Assembly (NCBI GenBank): GCA_036702955.1
Contig: DATNPY010000039.1
Coordinates: 1,642-65,641, forward strand
Source of the DNA: Drouetiella sp.
GTDB taxonomy: Bacteria > Cyanobacteriota > Vampirovibrionia > Obscuribacterales > Obscuribacteraceae
Direction of reading: 5' to 3'
DNA: 64,000 nt
Shown: one piece after another, positions 29,821-39,473 of the stretch
Layout of the letters: every line of letters begins with the position of its first letter
Numbering within the stretch: the stretch's first letter is position 1
Made by a program: the position numbers and the translations under genes
Notes under the pieces: model-generated
Database searches by the model: none
Told to the model about the DNA's origin: nothing
Seen by the model: only the letters and a program-made list of their open reading frames with translations

Positions 29821-30492
29821 TTATCCTTCACTTGAAGAAAGCGTCGACTTGCGTGGAGGCTCGATGGCGGTGTGATTTCCAGTCTGAGAAAAGCGCTTCA
29901 GCTTTTTCAAGAACGTTGGATCGACCAGGCAAACGCCATCTTTGCAGTTGCTGGCGGCAACTCCATTCAGCAAAGCTTCCTCGTGCTTCGACAGCTGGGG
30001 AATGACAGGGTCTAGCGCCCGCTCCACTGTTGGCGTCAGTTTTCGCTGAGTCATCTCCAGCACCTGCCGCGCTATTCCCGGGTCGAGCCAGACCGCCCCA
30101 ACCTTCACGCTGCGGATCGCCATTTCCAGATTGACTGAGAAATCACCTTTGAGCACGTAGCCGTCAGCGCCTGCGTCAAGCGAGTCAAAAATGTCGTTTT
30201 GATTATCGCTTGCTGTTAGCATCAGCACCCGCAAGCCTGGTACGCGTTGCTTAAGTCTCTTCGTCAACTCGATCCCGCTCAGACCAGGCAGTCCAATGTC
30301 AACGAGTGCAACCGTCGGGTTCGCTTGAGTGATGGCGTCGAGAGCTGCTTCACCGTCTTGAGCCTCACCGACGAGCGAAAAATCGGGAATTTTCTTGAGG
30401 AAGTTTCTGAGGCAAAACCTGATTACCTCGTTGTCTTCGACGAAAAATATGTCTATTGAACCGACTTTTTCCATTGCGTTTCGAAATGTCAT
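29821..30492 (-). CDS. response regulator, NarL-like receiver with divergent C-terminal domain
   Basis: Receiver motifs FFVEDN, ALVDIGLPGLSG and YVLKG. The C-terminal LSKHEEALLNGVAA... only loosely resembles a LuxR HTH. ATG 30474 is an alternative start. Confidence 0.75.
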   Translation of the reverse strand: MTFRNAMEKVGSIDIFFVEDNEVIRFCLRNFLKKIPDFSLVGEAQDGEAALDAITQANPTVALVDIGLPGLSGIELTKRLKQRVPGLRVLMLTASDNQNDIFDSLDAGADGYVLKGDFSVNLEMAIRSVKVGAVWLDPGIARQVLEMTQRKLTPTVERALDPVIPQLSKHEEALLNGVAASNCKDGVCLVDPTFLKKLKRFSQTGNHTAIEPPRKSTLSSSEG

Positions 30493-30631
30493 GACAGGAA
30501 CATATCAATCCTAGTACGGCAATGGCAATATGGACGCATTTTTAATGCCACTGTTCCGAATTGTATTTTTTTGCCAGAAAAAGTGGAGGGCGCCCGCAGG
30601 CGCCCCGCTTGAATGAATCTGCCCAACTCAA

Positions 30632-31381
30632 TCAGATTCCCAATAAGCCACGTAGACCACTTAAACTCCCACCGTTCAAGTTGCCGTTCTGGACGTATGC
30701 GCCCAGATTGCCGAGTCCACTGCCACTAAGAGCGCTTCCGAGGCGACTTAAGTTGCCTGGACTGGTCGCGCTGTTGATAAAACCATTGTTGGGGTTGATG
30801 TAGCCATTTGGGTAGGGATTGTACTGATTGGCGTACGGGTTACCGTTCGAGTATGGGTTGCCGCTGTAGGCCGATGCATATGGATTAGCATAAGGGTTTG
30901 CGTACGGCGTGCTCATGGGGTGAGCGTAAGGATTTACGGCTGGATTGTTCATGTTGTTCATCGCGTTGACATAAGCTGGATTCGAGTATGGATTGACGCC
31001 GCCGTTGCGCATGGCGTTTTCCATTTCGCTTCTCATGCTGCCACAGCCGTCGTGGTGACGGTGCATGTGCGCTCTAGCTGATAAGTCGTAGTTATTGCTG
31101 TAAGCGCCGCTGTTGTAGGGCTGCGTCGTCAATCCACCGTAGTTGCCGTACTGATTGGCGCCAAGGTTTGCTGTATTTGGATCGACGCCGTTAGTGTATT
31201 GATCGACGTTGCCGGTCAGGTAGTGTCTTCCATCAACATTGCTGAATGGAGTCAGTGAGCCAGGTTGAGTGACTGCACCGTTATTGACGTCATTGTAATC
31301 ATAATGATCTTTGCTAAAGGCTTGGCTAGGCATCAGCAACACCAGCAGCGCCGCCGCTGGTAAAAGAGGCTTCAAATTCAT
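30632..31381 (-). CDS. secreted Asn/Tyr/Pro-rich low-complexity protein
   Basis: ATG 31381 follows AGGCAGGA and opens a signal peptide MNLKPLLPAAALLVLLMPSQAFS. Contains NPYANPYANPYASAYSGNPYSNGNPYANQYNPYPNGY repeats. Confidence 0.6.
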   Translation of the reverse strand: MNLKPLLPAAALLVLLMPSQAFSKDHYDYNDVNNGAVTQPGSLTPFSNVDGRHYLTGNVDQYTNGVDPNTANLGANQYGNYGGLTTQPYNSGAYSNNYDLSARAHMHRHHDGCGSMRSEMENAMRNGGVNPYSNPAYVNAMNNMNNPAVNPYAHPMSTPYANPYANPYASAYSGNPYSNGNPYANQYNPYPNGYINPNNGFINSATSPGNLSRLGSALSGSGLGNLGAYVQNGNLNGGSLSGLRGLLGI

Positions 31382-31570
31382 TTTTGTCCTGCCTTGAAAA
31401 CGTCGGTCAGTGCTCTCTGGCAAACTTGCCTGTTTCGATAGACGACAGGATCTTCCAATTGATTCCGGAACTTGAAAAATTTTTTTCCGGGTCGGTATGA
31501 TGGGCGCAACGACGCCGAAGCTACGTCCTTCGGTAGGTGGAACTATGGAGCCGCGGCTCAGGAGACTGTT

Positions 31571-31996
31571 GTGACTGCTAAATATAAGTGGACCATGCTC
31601 AGCGCGCTAGGTGGAGAGATGAAAGAGGTGCGCGACGGTTACGCGCTTGGGCAACTGCCTCTCTCTGAAATGGTGATGCAGCCGACGCGCGTGTTTCATG
31701 CCGGGGCTATCGTTACCCTCGCAGACGAGGTCGCTTCGGCTGCGATCCATGGCGGACCCATGGAGGATGCGCATGAGACTGACAAGAAATTCCCCTACTC
31801 TGTTCAGCTGAGCGTCAATCTTCTGACCAATGACCCCGTGGGTCCACTGACCGCCGAGGCTAAGGTGATTCGCAAAGGTCGGATGACCGTTGTGGAGACG
31901 ACTATCACCACTTCAGATAATCAGGTCGCCGCGTTAATGCGAAGCACGCATATGATGGTCGATTTGAAAAGGACTGGACCGCATCAAAAGCGGTGA
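31571..31996 (+). CDS. PaaI-family (hotdog fold) thioesterase
   Basis: GTG 31571 follows AGGAG. Length (~141 aa) and the segment HAGAIVTLADEVASAA fit PaaI-like thioesterases. The track ORF starts at 31472. Confidence 0.6.
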   Translation: MTAKYKWTMLSALGGEMKEVRDGYALGQLPLSEMVMQPTRVFHAGAIVTLADEVASAAIHGGPMEDAHETDKKFPYSVQLSVNLLTNDPVGPLTAEAKVIRKGRMTVVETTITTSDNQVAALMRSTHMMVDLKRTGPHQKR

Positions 31997-32036
31997 CATG
32001 TTGCTTTCTAAGAAGGCTGTTTTGTTGAATTATATT

Positions 32037-32120
32037 GCCGTTCCGCAATCTCTCGGAATTTGATAGCCGTTACGCAACTTCCGGAGATTTGACCGCCGGT
32101 TCGCAACCTCCGGGGGTGAG
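32037..32120. repeat. 3 x 29-bp tandem repeat upstream of the TPR gene
   Basis: Units start at 32037, 32066 and 32095: GCCGTTCCGCAATCTCTCGGAATTTGATA / GCCGTTACGCAACTTCCGGAGATTTGACC / GCCGGTTCGCAACCTCCGGGGG... Each has a short internal TCCGG/CCGGA palindrome. Confidence 0.7.
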
Positions 32121-32217
32121 TGGTATCATATTCAGTGGCGCTTTCTTGGCGTCAATCGCAGGCTAGTGAGAAATTGCTGATTGAGGTATGTTATAGACGT
32201 ACAACGCGTTTGGTCGA

Positions 32218-33513
32218 TTGACGATGCCTTCTGGAGACAGTGATAAGGATTTGCGGCAAGTGGCTGAGTCACTTGTGCTTGCTGACCGAATGTTTCGGAA
32301 AGGTCGAATCTCCGAAGCTGAGCCGATGTATGAGCGGTCGCTGGCGATGCTCATTCGCACTTACGACGAGGCTCATCCTGATGTAGATTCCTGCCTGATG
32401 CGCCTGGGTGATATCTATTTTGCACGTGAGAAATTCGCGCAAGCGTTGAGTACTTACAGCCGTCTGCATGGACTTCGCTGCCGCAGACTGAGCATTCATC
32501 ACGCTGATACTGTGGCTGTTCTCTTTAAAGTCGCCAAGTGTCAGGAACGACTGGAGCGGTTCGAAGAGGCCACGAAAACATACGAGGAAGCAATCTCTGT
32601 TGGTGAAAAGTGGTTGCAGCCAGGCTTGCCGTTGATCGGAAGCATGATGGAGAGCTACGCAATTTTGCTTCGCAAGTATCTGAATCAGCCGCAGCGGGCA
32701 ACAGAAATCGAGCATCGAGCCAAGGAGTATCGCAAGAGGTACACTGGCTCAAAAGGCACGCTGTCTAGACTTAATTCGATGCAGAGTGCGCAATCATTGC
32801 CATTCGCTCCGGCGGATACTGGAACTTCGTTCTCGCCTGTTCCGGCGACTCCGGCTGTTCCGGCTGTTCCTGCTATTCCGGTTGTTCCGGCTGTTCCTGC
32901 TATTCCGGCTGTTCCTGCTGTTCCTGCTATTCCGGCTATTCCGGCTGTTCCTGCTGTTTCGCCTGTACCTCCGAGTGTGATTCCTGAACCTGTTGATGAA
33001 TCACCAAAGCCCGTGCACGTTCGGAATGAATCGCTATTGCAGACCGAATACGATACGCCTCCCAAAGTAGCGAAACCTGTTGTTGGCAAGACTTCTTATT
33101 CGGGTTCTCGACCTCAATTTAAGATTGTCGACGCGCAATTAACATCTAACGCAAGCTTGAATGCGAATGCTGCCCTCGATAAGTTCAACTCACGCGACCA
33201 AGATGTCGCAGGTGAAGAAGCAAGTGACGATGACGAGGACGACTACTACGAGGACGACGACGACGACTATGATGAGAAGCCTAGTCCGAAGAATCCACTC
33301 CTGATTGCTTTTGTGGTGCTAGTGGCGTTGATAGTGCCAACTTTCATCGGGTGGATTGTTATGACCAGGCACCCCAAGATTGAGCTGGCTCAGCCCGCGA
33401 GCCAACCGACATCATTTGGAGGAACTACCTTGCCTGTGACAACGGGTCCATCAGAACTGGATGCTCGTTCTCAAGATGCTTCACCGCGCAGGGACGGCAT
33501 GTCATCTCCGTGA
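32218..33513 (+). CDS. TPR protein with Pro-Ala-Val/Ile repeat, acidic tract and C-terminal transmembrane helix
   Basis: N-terminal TPR-like helices. (PAVPAI)n region, DDDEDDYYEDDDDDYDE tract and hydrophobic LLIAFVVLVALIVPTFIGWIVM. Confidence 0.65.
   Translation: MTMPSGDSDKDLRQVAESLVLADRMFRKGRISEAEPMYERSLAMLIRTYDEAHPDVDSCLMRLGDIYFAREKFAQALSTYSRLHGLRCRRLSIHHADTVAVLFKVAKCQERLERFEEATKTYEEAISVGEKWLQPGLPLIGSMMESYAILLRKYLNQPQRATEIEHRAKEYRKRYTGSKGTLSRLNSMQSAQSLPFAPADTGTSFSPVPATPAVPAVPAIPVVPAVPAIPAVPAVPAIPAIPAVPAVSPVPPSVIPEPVDESPKPVHVRNESLLQTEYDTPPKVAKPVVGKTSYSGSRPQFKIVDAQLTSNASLNANAALDKFNSRDQDVAGEEASDDDEDDYYEDDDDDYDEKPSPKNPLLIAFVVLVALIVPTFIGWIVMTRHPKIELAQPASQPTSFGGTTLPVTTGPSELDARSQDASPRRDGMSSP
32836..32970 (+). 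repeat. coding 9-bp tandem repeat (CCGGCTGTT/CCTGCTATT) encoding P-A-V/P-A-I
   Basis: About 14 consecutive 9-nt units read directly. They generate spurious ORFs in other frames and on the other strand. Confidence 0.8.
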
Positions 33514-33584
33514 ACCGCCTCTCAGTTTTGGCGGTTGACAAGCGTACGCCTTCTCATTCTATTTTGGGTTAAATTCCGCCACAG

Positions 33585-35459
33585 TTGGGATGTCTGGACA
33601 ATTTTGTCTCAATCCGCGACCCTCGAAAAACACGTTCTTTAACCTTAAAATTGACCTGGAGAGGCACTTTGCAGGATAATTTGCAGCTTCCGCCCAGCGG
33701 ACCAGTGGCGGCTAAGGCTGGTCTCCGGTTACACTCTAATAGGGAATTCGCGGTTCCAAGACAAGATCTCTTCCGGCGGCTGCTTGCGGAGACGACGAAG
33801 CGGAAGAAAGCATGCGGCAAGAGTTCATTAGTCACAGCGAAGAGAATTGATTTGAGAAAAGTAGGTTGGGTAGTTATCGTGGGACTGCTTGCCATTATTG
33901 CGTGGCTGGTTTTGTCACCTTCCGGTCCGATTAATACCAACGGCAGGCACATCGACTTCTCGAACATTTCGAAGATGCAAGTGCCCGGCGTTTCGATTGC
34001 AACGATTACGCAACCAGAAACCGTCTTGTTCATGGGCACAGACGTTGTGTACGATGGTGCCGGCAGACATCTTCATGCGGACAAAGTTGCCTTGAACGGC
34101 AGGTCCGACACTATGATGCTTGTCTTTCTGAACCCGCCAAACAACAAGGTTTCCGTGCTGCACATTCCTCGCGATACCGAGGCTGCAATCGGCAAATATG
34201 GTGTGCAAAAAATCAATTCGGCCAACGCCATTGGTGGTCCTGAGTACGCAAAGACAGCTGTAACGCAGCTTCTCGGCGTGCCAATCGATCACTATGTCGT
34301 GATGAACATTCAAGCTCTGACGCAACTTGTGAATGAGCTTGGCGGTATCACTGTGGAAGTGCCCAAGAAGATGGCATATATGGACTGGACCGCAAAGCTG
34401 AAGATCGACCTGGAGCCAGGTGTTCACACCCTTACCGGTAACCAGGCGATGGGTTTCGTTCGTTTTCGTCACGACGAGTTGGGCGACATTGGGCGCGTGC
34501 AGCGTCAACAAATGTTTTTGCACGCAGTCAGTCGTAAGATGCTTGACCCTCGTTCATGGGTGCATGTTCCTGCGTTGCTCAGTATCGCTCAGAAGAATAT
34601 CGACACCGACATGACGCAGATGCAACTGATTGAGGCGCTGAATTTCGCTCACGGTGTGCCTAAGGAGAACATCAGATTTGTCATGCTGCCCGGTGAATTT
34701 TCACCGAATGGAGACTGGGTGACTGGCTACGAAGCAAGGAATGTTGCTGCCCGCCTCGCCAATCCTGATATTGAGCTGCCTGTCAGCAGAAAAAATCTTT
34801 CAATCTGTGTTCAAAATGCCACTACAGATCCCCAGTTCGGATGGAAAGTGGCTCAGGCTCTGCGTAAACTCGGCTACGTCTGCAGTCTCGGCAAAGACGA
34901 TCGGTCGCCGGTTTACACCAAATCTAGAATCATCGCACAGAATGGCAGCATCGCCGACGCAAAAATGTTGCAAAAAGATCTTGGCGATATCGGTCAAATC
35001 ATGAATGCGTCGATCGGCAATTTGACTACGTCTATAACGCTTGTTGCGTTCAACGATATCAATCTCGATAAGATAGCTATGTCGAGCGAGGATGCTCCGT
35101 ATCTCGCACCTCCGCCTCGTCCGCAATCGATGATTACGACCGTCGCGCATAATCATACAAAGCATGGCAAGCGAAATGCCATGAATACGGCTGACCTGGA
35201 ATCGACAGATTTGTCGCCTATGCCGATTGAAGACAATCAGACACTGGATGTGGTGCCGCACGAGTCTGCTACCACTCCAGAGCCGAGCGAAGCCGTAGCG
35301 CCGAAGACCAACGATGCTGTTGAAGCCCGTCAGGCGCCTGAGCCTGTGGTCAAGCCTTATACCGCTCCGGTACCAACGCCCAGCGTGGCCCCACAACCCA
35401 GCACTACGCCGGCACCGACACCAGCAACCAATCCCGAGCCTGAAAAAGCCCCGGAATAG
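33585..35459 (+). CDS. LytR-CpsA-Psr (LCP) family protein with LytR_C-like domain and Pro-rich tail
   Basis: GRSDTMMLVFLNPPNNKVSVLHIPRDT...INSANAIGGPEY...FVRFRHDELGDIGRVQRQQ matches the LCP core. Membrane anchor VGWVVIVGLLAIIAWLVL. The true start is probably downstream of 33585. Confidence 0.75.
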   Translation: MGCLDNFVSIRDPRKTRSLTLKLTWRGTLQDNLQLPPSGPVAAKAGLRLHSNREFAVPRQDLFRRLLAETTKRKKACGKSSLVTAKRIDLRKVGWVVIVGLLAIIAWLVLSPSGPINTNGRHIDFSNISKMQVPGVSIATITQPETVLFMGTDVVYDGAGRHLHADKVALNGRSDTMMLVFLNPPNNKVSVLHIPRDTEAAIGKYGVQKINSANAIGGPEYAKTAVTQLLGVPIDHYVVMNIQALTQLVNELGGITVEVPKKMAYMDWTAKLKIDLEPGVHTLTGNQAMGFVRFRHDELGDIGRVQRQQMFLHAVSRKMLDPRSWVHVPALLSIAQKNIDTDMTQMQLIEALNFAHGVPKENIRFVMLPGEFSPNGDWVTGYEARNVAARLANPDIELPVSRKNLSICVQNATTDPQFGWKVAQALRKLGYVCSLGKDDRSPVYTKSRIIAQNGSIADAKMLQKDLGDIGQIMNASIGNLTTSITLVAFNDINLDKIAMSSEDAPYLAPPPRPQSMITTVAHNHTKHGKRNAMNTADLESTDLSPMPIEDNQTLDVVPHESATTPEPSEAVAPKTNDAVEARQAPEPVVKPYTAPVPTPSVAPQPSTTPAPTPATNPEPEKAPE

Positions 35460-35525
35460 CGCCAGATCAGACGCAATTAATGCACTCTGCGGCGGGTTTT
35501 TCGGCAAATCGATATCATAGACATT

Positions 35526-36458
35526 ATGCTAGTGGCTGGACTTTCGCTAGTCTGTCTGGATGTTACAGGTGTTTATTCGGTGTTTTTAACTCGTGGCAAT
35601 CATGTGATTCTTCTGGCATCGTTGATGGTGCTCTGTGTGCCACAGTGTCAAGCTGGAACTGGCGGAATATTCTCCTCGTCGACTTCGCCGCGACGCAAAA
35701 TCCAGCAGATTCAACCGATTGAGAGCCCAACATCTCTTCCTAATAGAAGTGTCGTAAAACCTGCAACCACTATTCCGCCCAGCCCGGGCACTGTTTTCTT
35801 CGATACTAAAAAGTCTGGAAAGCCTGATGGCGACCTTAACGCTGATAAGCAGATGCATGAGCTGCAGCAGACTTTGAGCGGCTCAAATGATTCTTCAGGC
35901 GCGAACTCGGCGAATCCGACAGGAACTAATGAAGCCTCCCCGAAAACCACTGACGGTGAAGCTATTTCGAAAAATGGCTCCAAACTGAATGTCGAGGTGC
36001 CGCTGCGAGGTTTGAGTGGCTCTGCCAGCGTCAACTCGCAGGGAACGGGAAGCATAGACTCTTTTTTTCAAATGGATAGCGGCCCCGTTGGTCGGTCGAG
36101 TAATTCCAATTTGCCAGAGCGGAATGCCGTGGCTAAATCTCAATCTACGACGCCAAATTCAGCGGAGACAACCAGGTCTGCCGGCATTGCACCTCTTCGT
36201 TTTCTCTGGCATGTGATGGATAATGCAGGCGTGCCAATGTTTTTCGGCAACAAGGACGACGATCTCGATCCCAGTCTGCGCCAGGGCTACACTGGTTCTA
36301 CTGTAAGCCGAACAAAAGCTGCTCCTTCTGCACCAGTTATTAACGTTGGCACCGCAGGCAGTGCTGTAACTGCACCGTCGCAAGGTCCACATAAGATCCC
36401 AGAGAGCGAACTTGAAGGTACTGATTCCTGGGTGAAAGATAATGAGCAAATGCCCTAG
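35526..36458 (+). CDS. hypothetical secreted Ser/Thr/Asn-rich protein
   Basis: Hydrophobic N-terminus, low-complexity body. Overlaps the first TolC-like gene by 17 nt. Confidence 0.4.
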   Translation: MLVAGLSLVCLDVTGVYSVFLTRGNHVILLASLMVLCVPQCQAGTGGIFSSSTSPRRKIQQIQPIESPTSLPNRSVVKPATTIPPSPGTVFFDTKKSGKPDGDLNADKQMHELQQTLSGSNDSSGANSANPTGTNEASPKTTDGEAISKNGSKLNVEVPLRGLSGSASVNSQGTGSIDSFFQMDSGPVGRSSNSNLPERNAVAKSQSTTPNSAETTRSAGIAPLRFLWHVMDNAGVPMFFGNKDDDLDPSLRQGYTGSTVSRTKAAPSAPVINVGTAGSAVTAPSQGPHKIPESELEGTDSWVKDNEQMP

Positions 36459-37908
36459 CCGGCTATGGCTCACGGCGACTTGCCTTTCTGCATTTTTCAA
36501 TTTTTGTGATTCGGTTTTTGCTCCGCCTGCCGCCTACATGCCGCTTGCTGCTTTCGCTGAAGGTGCTGGCTCTAAACCAAGTGAATTCCCGGCTCAGGGA
36601 ACTGTTTCTGGGCATAGTGCCAACTCGGCGCCAGACGCATCCATAACGCCAAGCCGAATGATGTCTTTGAGCGCGTCTTTCGATCGCGCCGTTGAGTTCA
36701 ATAAAGAAGCAATCGCCGCTAAAACCAACGTTGACTACGCCCGTTCGTCTATCAAAGTTGCCGGGGCCTTGCCAAATCCTCGATTCAATTTGCAGTATGG
36801 TTGGGGACCAGCTTTCCAGGTAATCATTGCTGGAAATCCGCAGCAATTTGGCTTTCAAAATCAGATTAGAACCGCAGGCACACGCACAAAATTGGTTGAA
36901 TTCGCTAGCGCCAGTTATCGCGTCGCTGAATTGCAATATGCCGCCACCATGTTCGATATTCATAATCGCGTGCGCCGTGCCTACGCTGAACTGGCTGCTG
37001 CTGAAGCTTTTGCCGATTTGATCGAGTCAGAAAGAAAAGTCGCTGTTGAACTACTGCAGACAACGCAAAGCAGGTTCGACCAGAAAAAAGTCAGTCAATC
37101 AGATCTGTTCCAAGCTCAACTTGGAGTCTTGCAGTTCGAAACGCAGCGGTTTCAGGCACAATCGCGCTTACAGACTGCTTCGGCTGCTCTGGCTCTGATT
37201 GTCGGTGAGATACCCGAAAAAATTGAAGTAATCGACGTGGACGATAATGGTCTCTTCAAGCTATCAGCGTCCAGAAGTGACCTTGTGCCTTCGCCCGATC
37301 AAGCGCTTCCTGCACTCAATGAATTGCTTCCTTCCGCACTGATCTCGCGACCTGACTTGAAGGTGGCTGTTCAGCAGAAATACGCTGACCGCCGCGCTCT
37401 GTCAGTGGCTCGGTCTCAGCGCATACCGGACCTGTTTGTAGAGATGGGCTATCAATTTACTACTTTCAAAAAGACGCAACCATACAATCTCTTCCCCGGC
37501 AGAGTGCCTAATTCGCCGGGCTGCTATATCAATGCATCTTTTGAGGTTCCGGTTTTTTATCAGCATCAGGGCGAGACCTCGCAGGCTAAAGAGGTGTACC
37601 TGCAAGACCAGGATCAGATTGAGCAACTTCAGTACCAGGTCGCTGCCGATGTGGTCAGTGCTTATGAATCCGTGTCTGTTACCAGGGCGACGATCAGGAA
37701 ATATCAACGTGATTTACTGCCTGCTGCAGCCCGCGTTGCCCGTGTCGCTCGTCGCAATTACGAACGCGGCAACACTGACCTCGCGCAGGCGATTCTCGCC
37801 AAGCAGCAATACCAGCAGATGTTATCGTCCTACTTTGATGCTGTGGTGAACTATCAGACGGCGTGGGCTGATCTCGAGAAAGCAATGGGTGTCTCTTTGA
37901 AATTATGA
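36442..37908 (+). CDS. TolC/OEP-family outer-membrane factor, paralogue 1
   Basis: Signal-like N-terminus. NPRFNLQYGWGP..., FDIHNRVRRAYAELAAAEAF and C-terminal YQTAWADLEKAMGVSLKL match the outer membrane efflux protein family. ATGA overlap with the next gene. Confidence 0.8.
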   Translation: MSKCPSRLWLTATCLSAFFNFCDSVFAPPAAYMPLAAFAEGAGSKPSEFPAQGTVSGHSANSAPDASITPSRMMSLSASFDRAVEFNKEAIAAKTNVDYARSSIKVAGALPNPRFNLQYGWGPAFQVIIAGNPQQFGFQNQIRTAGTRTKLVEFASASYRVAELQYAATMFDIHNRVRRAYAELAAAEAFADLIESERKVAVELLQTTQSRFDQKKVSQSDLFQAQLGVLQFETQRFQAQSRLQTASAALALIVGEIPEKIEVIDVDDNGLFKLSASRSDLVPSPDQALPALNELLPSALISRPDLKVAVQQKYADRRALSVARSQRIPDLFVEMGYQFTTFKKTQPYNLFPGRVPNSPGCYINASFEVPVFYQHQGETSQAKEVYLQDQDQIEQLQYQVAADVVSAYESVSVTRATIRKYQRDLLPAAARVARVARRNYERGNTDLAQAILAKQQYQQMLSSYFDAVVNYQTAWADLEKAMGVSLKL

Positions 37909-39473
37909 CCAGATCGATCTATCCGAGCTGTTCAATTCCCTGTGTGCGCGCCGGTCGTGCGTCCATCTTATCTGTGGCACTGGCTGTTGTACTTGGTGTC
38001 GCACTCGGTGTTGATGATCCGTTGCTGGCGTCGAATATATCGCCGTCATCCTCGCCATCGCATATATCGCCGTGGTCCTCGCCATCGAACATATCGCAGT
38101 CCTCATCGGCATCGTCCGAGTCCCGCTATCCGCGAACGCTGACGGCAGAGCCTGTGCCTCAACAAACCACGGTTTATGGTACCGAATATGGTTCTCGCAG
38201 AAAGTTGACGCTACAAGAATGCTTCGAGCGCGCCGATACAAATAATAAGGAGATTCAGATAGCGGCTGCGAAACTTCCGGTTGCTCAGGCGGCAATTGTC
38301 ATCGCAAAGGCTATTCCTAATCCTGTCTACAACATGACGTACGGCTGGGGACCAGCCTGGGACTACATTGTTGCCGGTAACAATCAGCAAGTTGGAATTA
38401 CCGAAGAAATTCAAGTCGCCGGGCGGCGCACGAAGAAAGCCGGTGTAGCATCTGCAAACTTTTTGCAGATGGCACTTCAGCTTGAGGCAACTCGCTTCGA
38501 TGTACACAATCGTGTGCGTAGGGCCTACGCTAACCTGGCGGCATCAACGTCTTTCTATCGTCTGGTGCGCAATCAGCGCAACATTGCAGACGAACTGGTC
38601 AAGGTCGCTGATGCAGGCGCTGACCCGACTTCCGCCAAAGCCCTGCAGGCGAGAGTGATTGTGATGCAGTTTGAAATGCAAGTCAATGGTGCAAGAAGCC
38701 GAGTCGTTCAAGATTCTGCGCAACTGGCGCTCCTTCTCGGAGAAACTCCTCATAGTGAGGAAATTATCGACATAGAGGACAATGATGTATTCGCACTCGG
38801 GGCGACAAAAAACAAAATTGTCCCGGCTCCGGACCGTGGACTGCCTGCACTGGAAAAGCTGTTGCCCGCAGCCTGGACATCTCGCAACGACCTCAGAGCT
38901 TCTATACAACAGGCTTACAGCAATCGCAAATCACTCACTCTGGCTAAAACACAGAGAATTCCAGACCCTCAGATCGGCGCAAACTTTCTCTTCACCGCTT
39001 ACAACCGCCAGCAGTTGCAAGACTTTGACCCGTCTGGTACCCGTTTTCCCGGCAATCCGCTAGACCGTGTTCCGCAGCAGCCTGCTTTCCTTCTGACGGT
39101 GTCTGAGGAAACCCCGCTGTACTATCAGTATCAAGGGCAGATAGAGCAAGCCAAAATCAACTGGGTGCATCAGCTCAAACAGAATGACCTTCAACGTGCT
39201 CAGATCGCCAACGATATTGTGGTGGCATATGAAAGTTTGCTTGTCGCGCGACAGAGCATCGAGAAGTTTCAGGCTGAATTGTTGCCCCAATCATTCAAGG
39301 TGGCAAAGCTCACGCAGCAGGGCTACAAAGCAGGTACTGCAGATTTTGGCACCGCGGTGTCGGCACAAAGCCAATATCAGCAAGTTCGTGCCACGTACTT
39401 CAACTGCGTTGTTGCTTATCAAAATGCCTGGGCTGATCTTGAGAAAGCCGTGGGAGTGCCTCTCAAACTATGA
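37905..39473 (+). CDS. TolC/OEP-family outer-membrane factor, paralogue 2
   Basis: Same conserved blocks (FDVHNRVRRAYANLAA, YQNAWADLEKAVGVPLKL). N-terminal ISPSSSPSHISPWSSPSNIS repeat. ATGA overlaps at both ends. Confidence 0.8.
   Translation: MTRSIYPSCSIPCVRAGRASILSVALAVVLGVALGVDDPLLASNISPSSSPSHISPWSSPSNISQSSSASSESRYPRTLTAEPVPQQTTVYGTEYGSRRKLTLQECFERADTNNKEIQIAAAKLPVAQAAIVIAKAIPNPVYNMTYGWGPAWDYIVAGNNQQVGITEEIQVAGRRTKKAGVASANFLQMALQLEATRFDVHNRVRRAYANLAASTSFYRLVRNQRNIADELVKVADAGADPTSAKALQARVIVMQFEMQVNGARSRVVQDSAQLALLLGETPHSEEIIDIEDNDVFALGATKNKIVPAPDRGLPALEKLLPAAWTSRNDLRASIQQAYSNRKSLTLAKTQRIPDPQIGANFLFTAYNRQQLQDFDPSGTRFPGNPLDRVPQQPAFLLTVSEETPLYYQYQGQIEQAKINWVHQLKQNDLQRAQIANDIVVAYESLLVARQSIEKFQAELLPQSFKVAKLTQQGYKAGTADFGTAVSAQSQYQQVRATYFNCVVAYQNAWADLEKAVGVPLKL

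Noticed and set aside
32685-33089. 134-aa minus-strand and 64-aa plus-strand ORFs over the Pro-Ala repeat
   Set aside because: They are frame and strand artefacts of the 9-bp coding repeat inside the TPR protein gene.
33915-35507. 202-aa and 235-aa minus-strand ORFs
   Set aside because: Both are antisense to the LCP-family gene, whose motifs are unambiguous.
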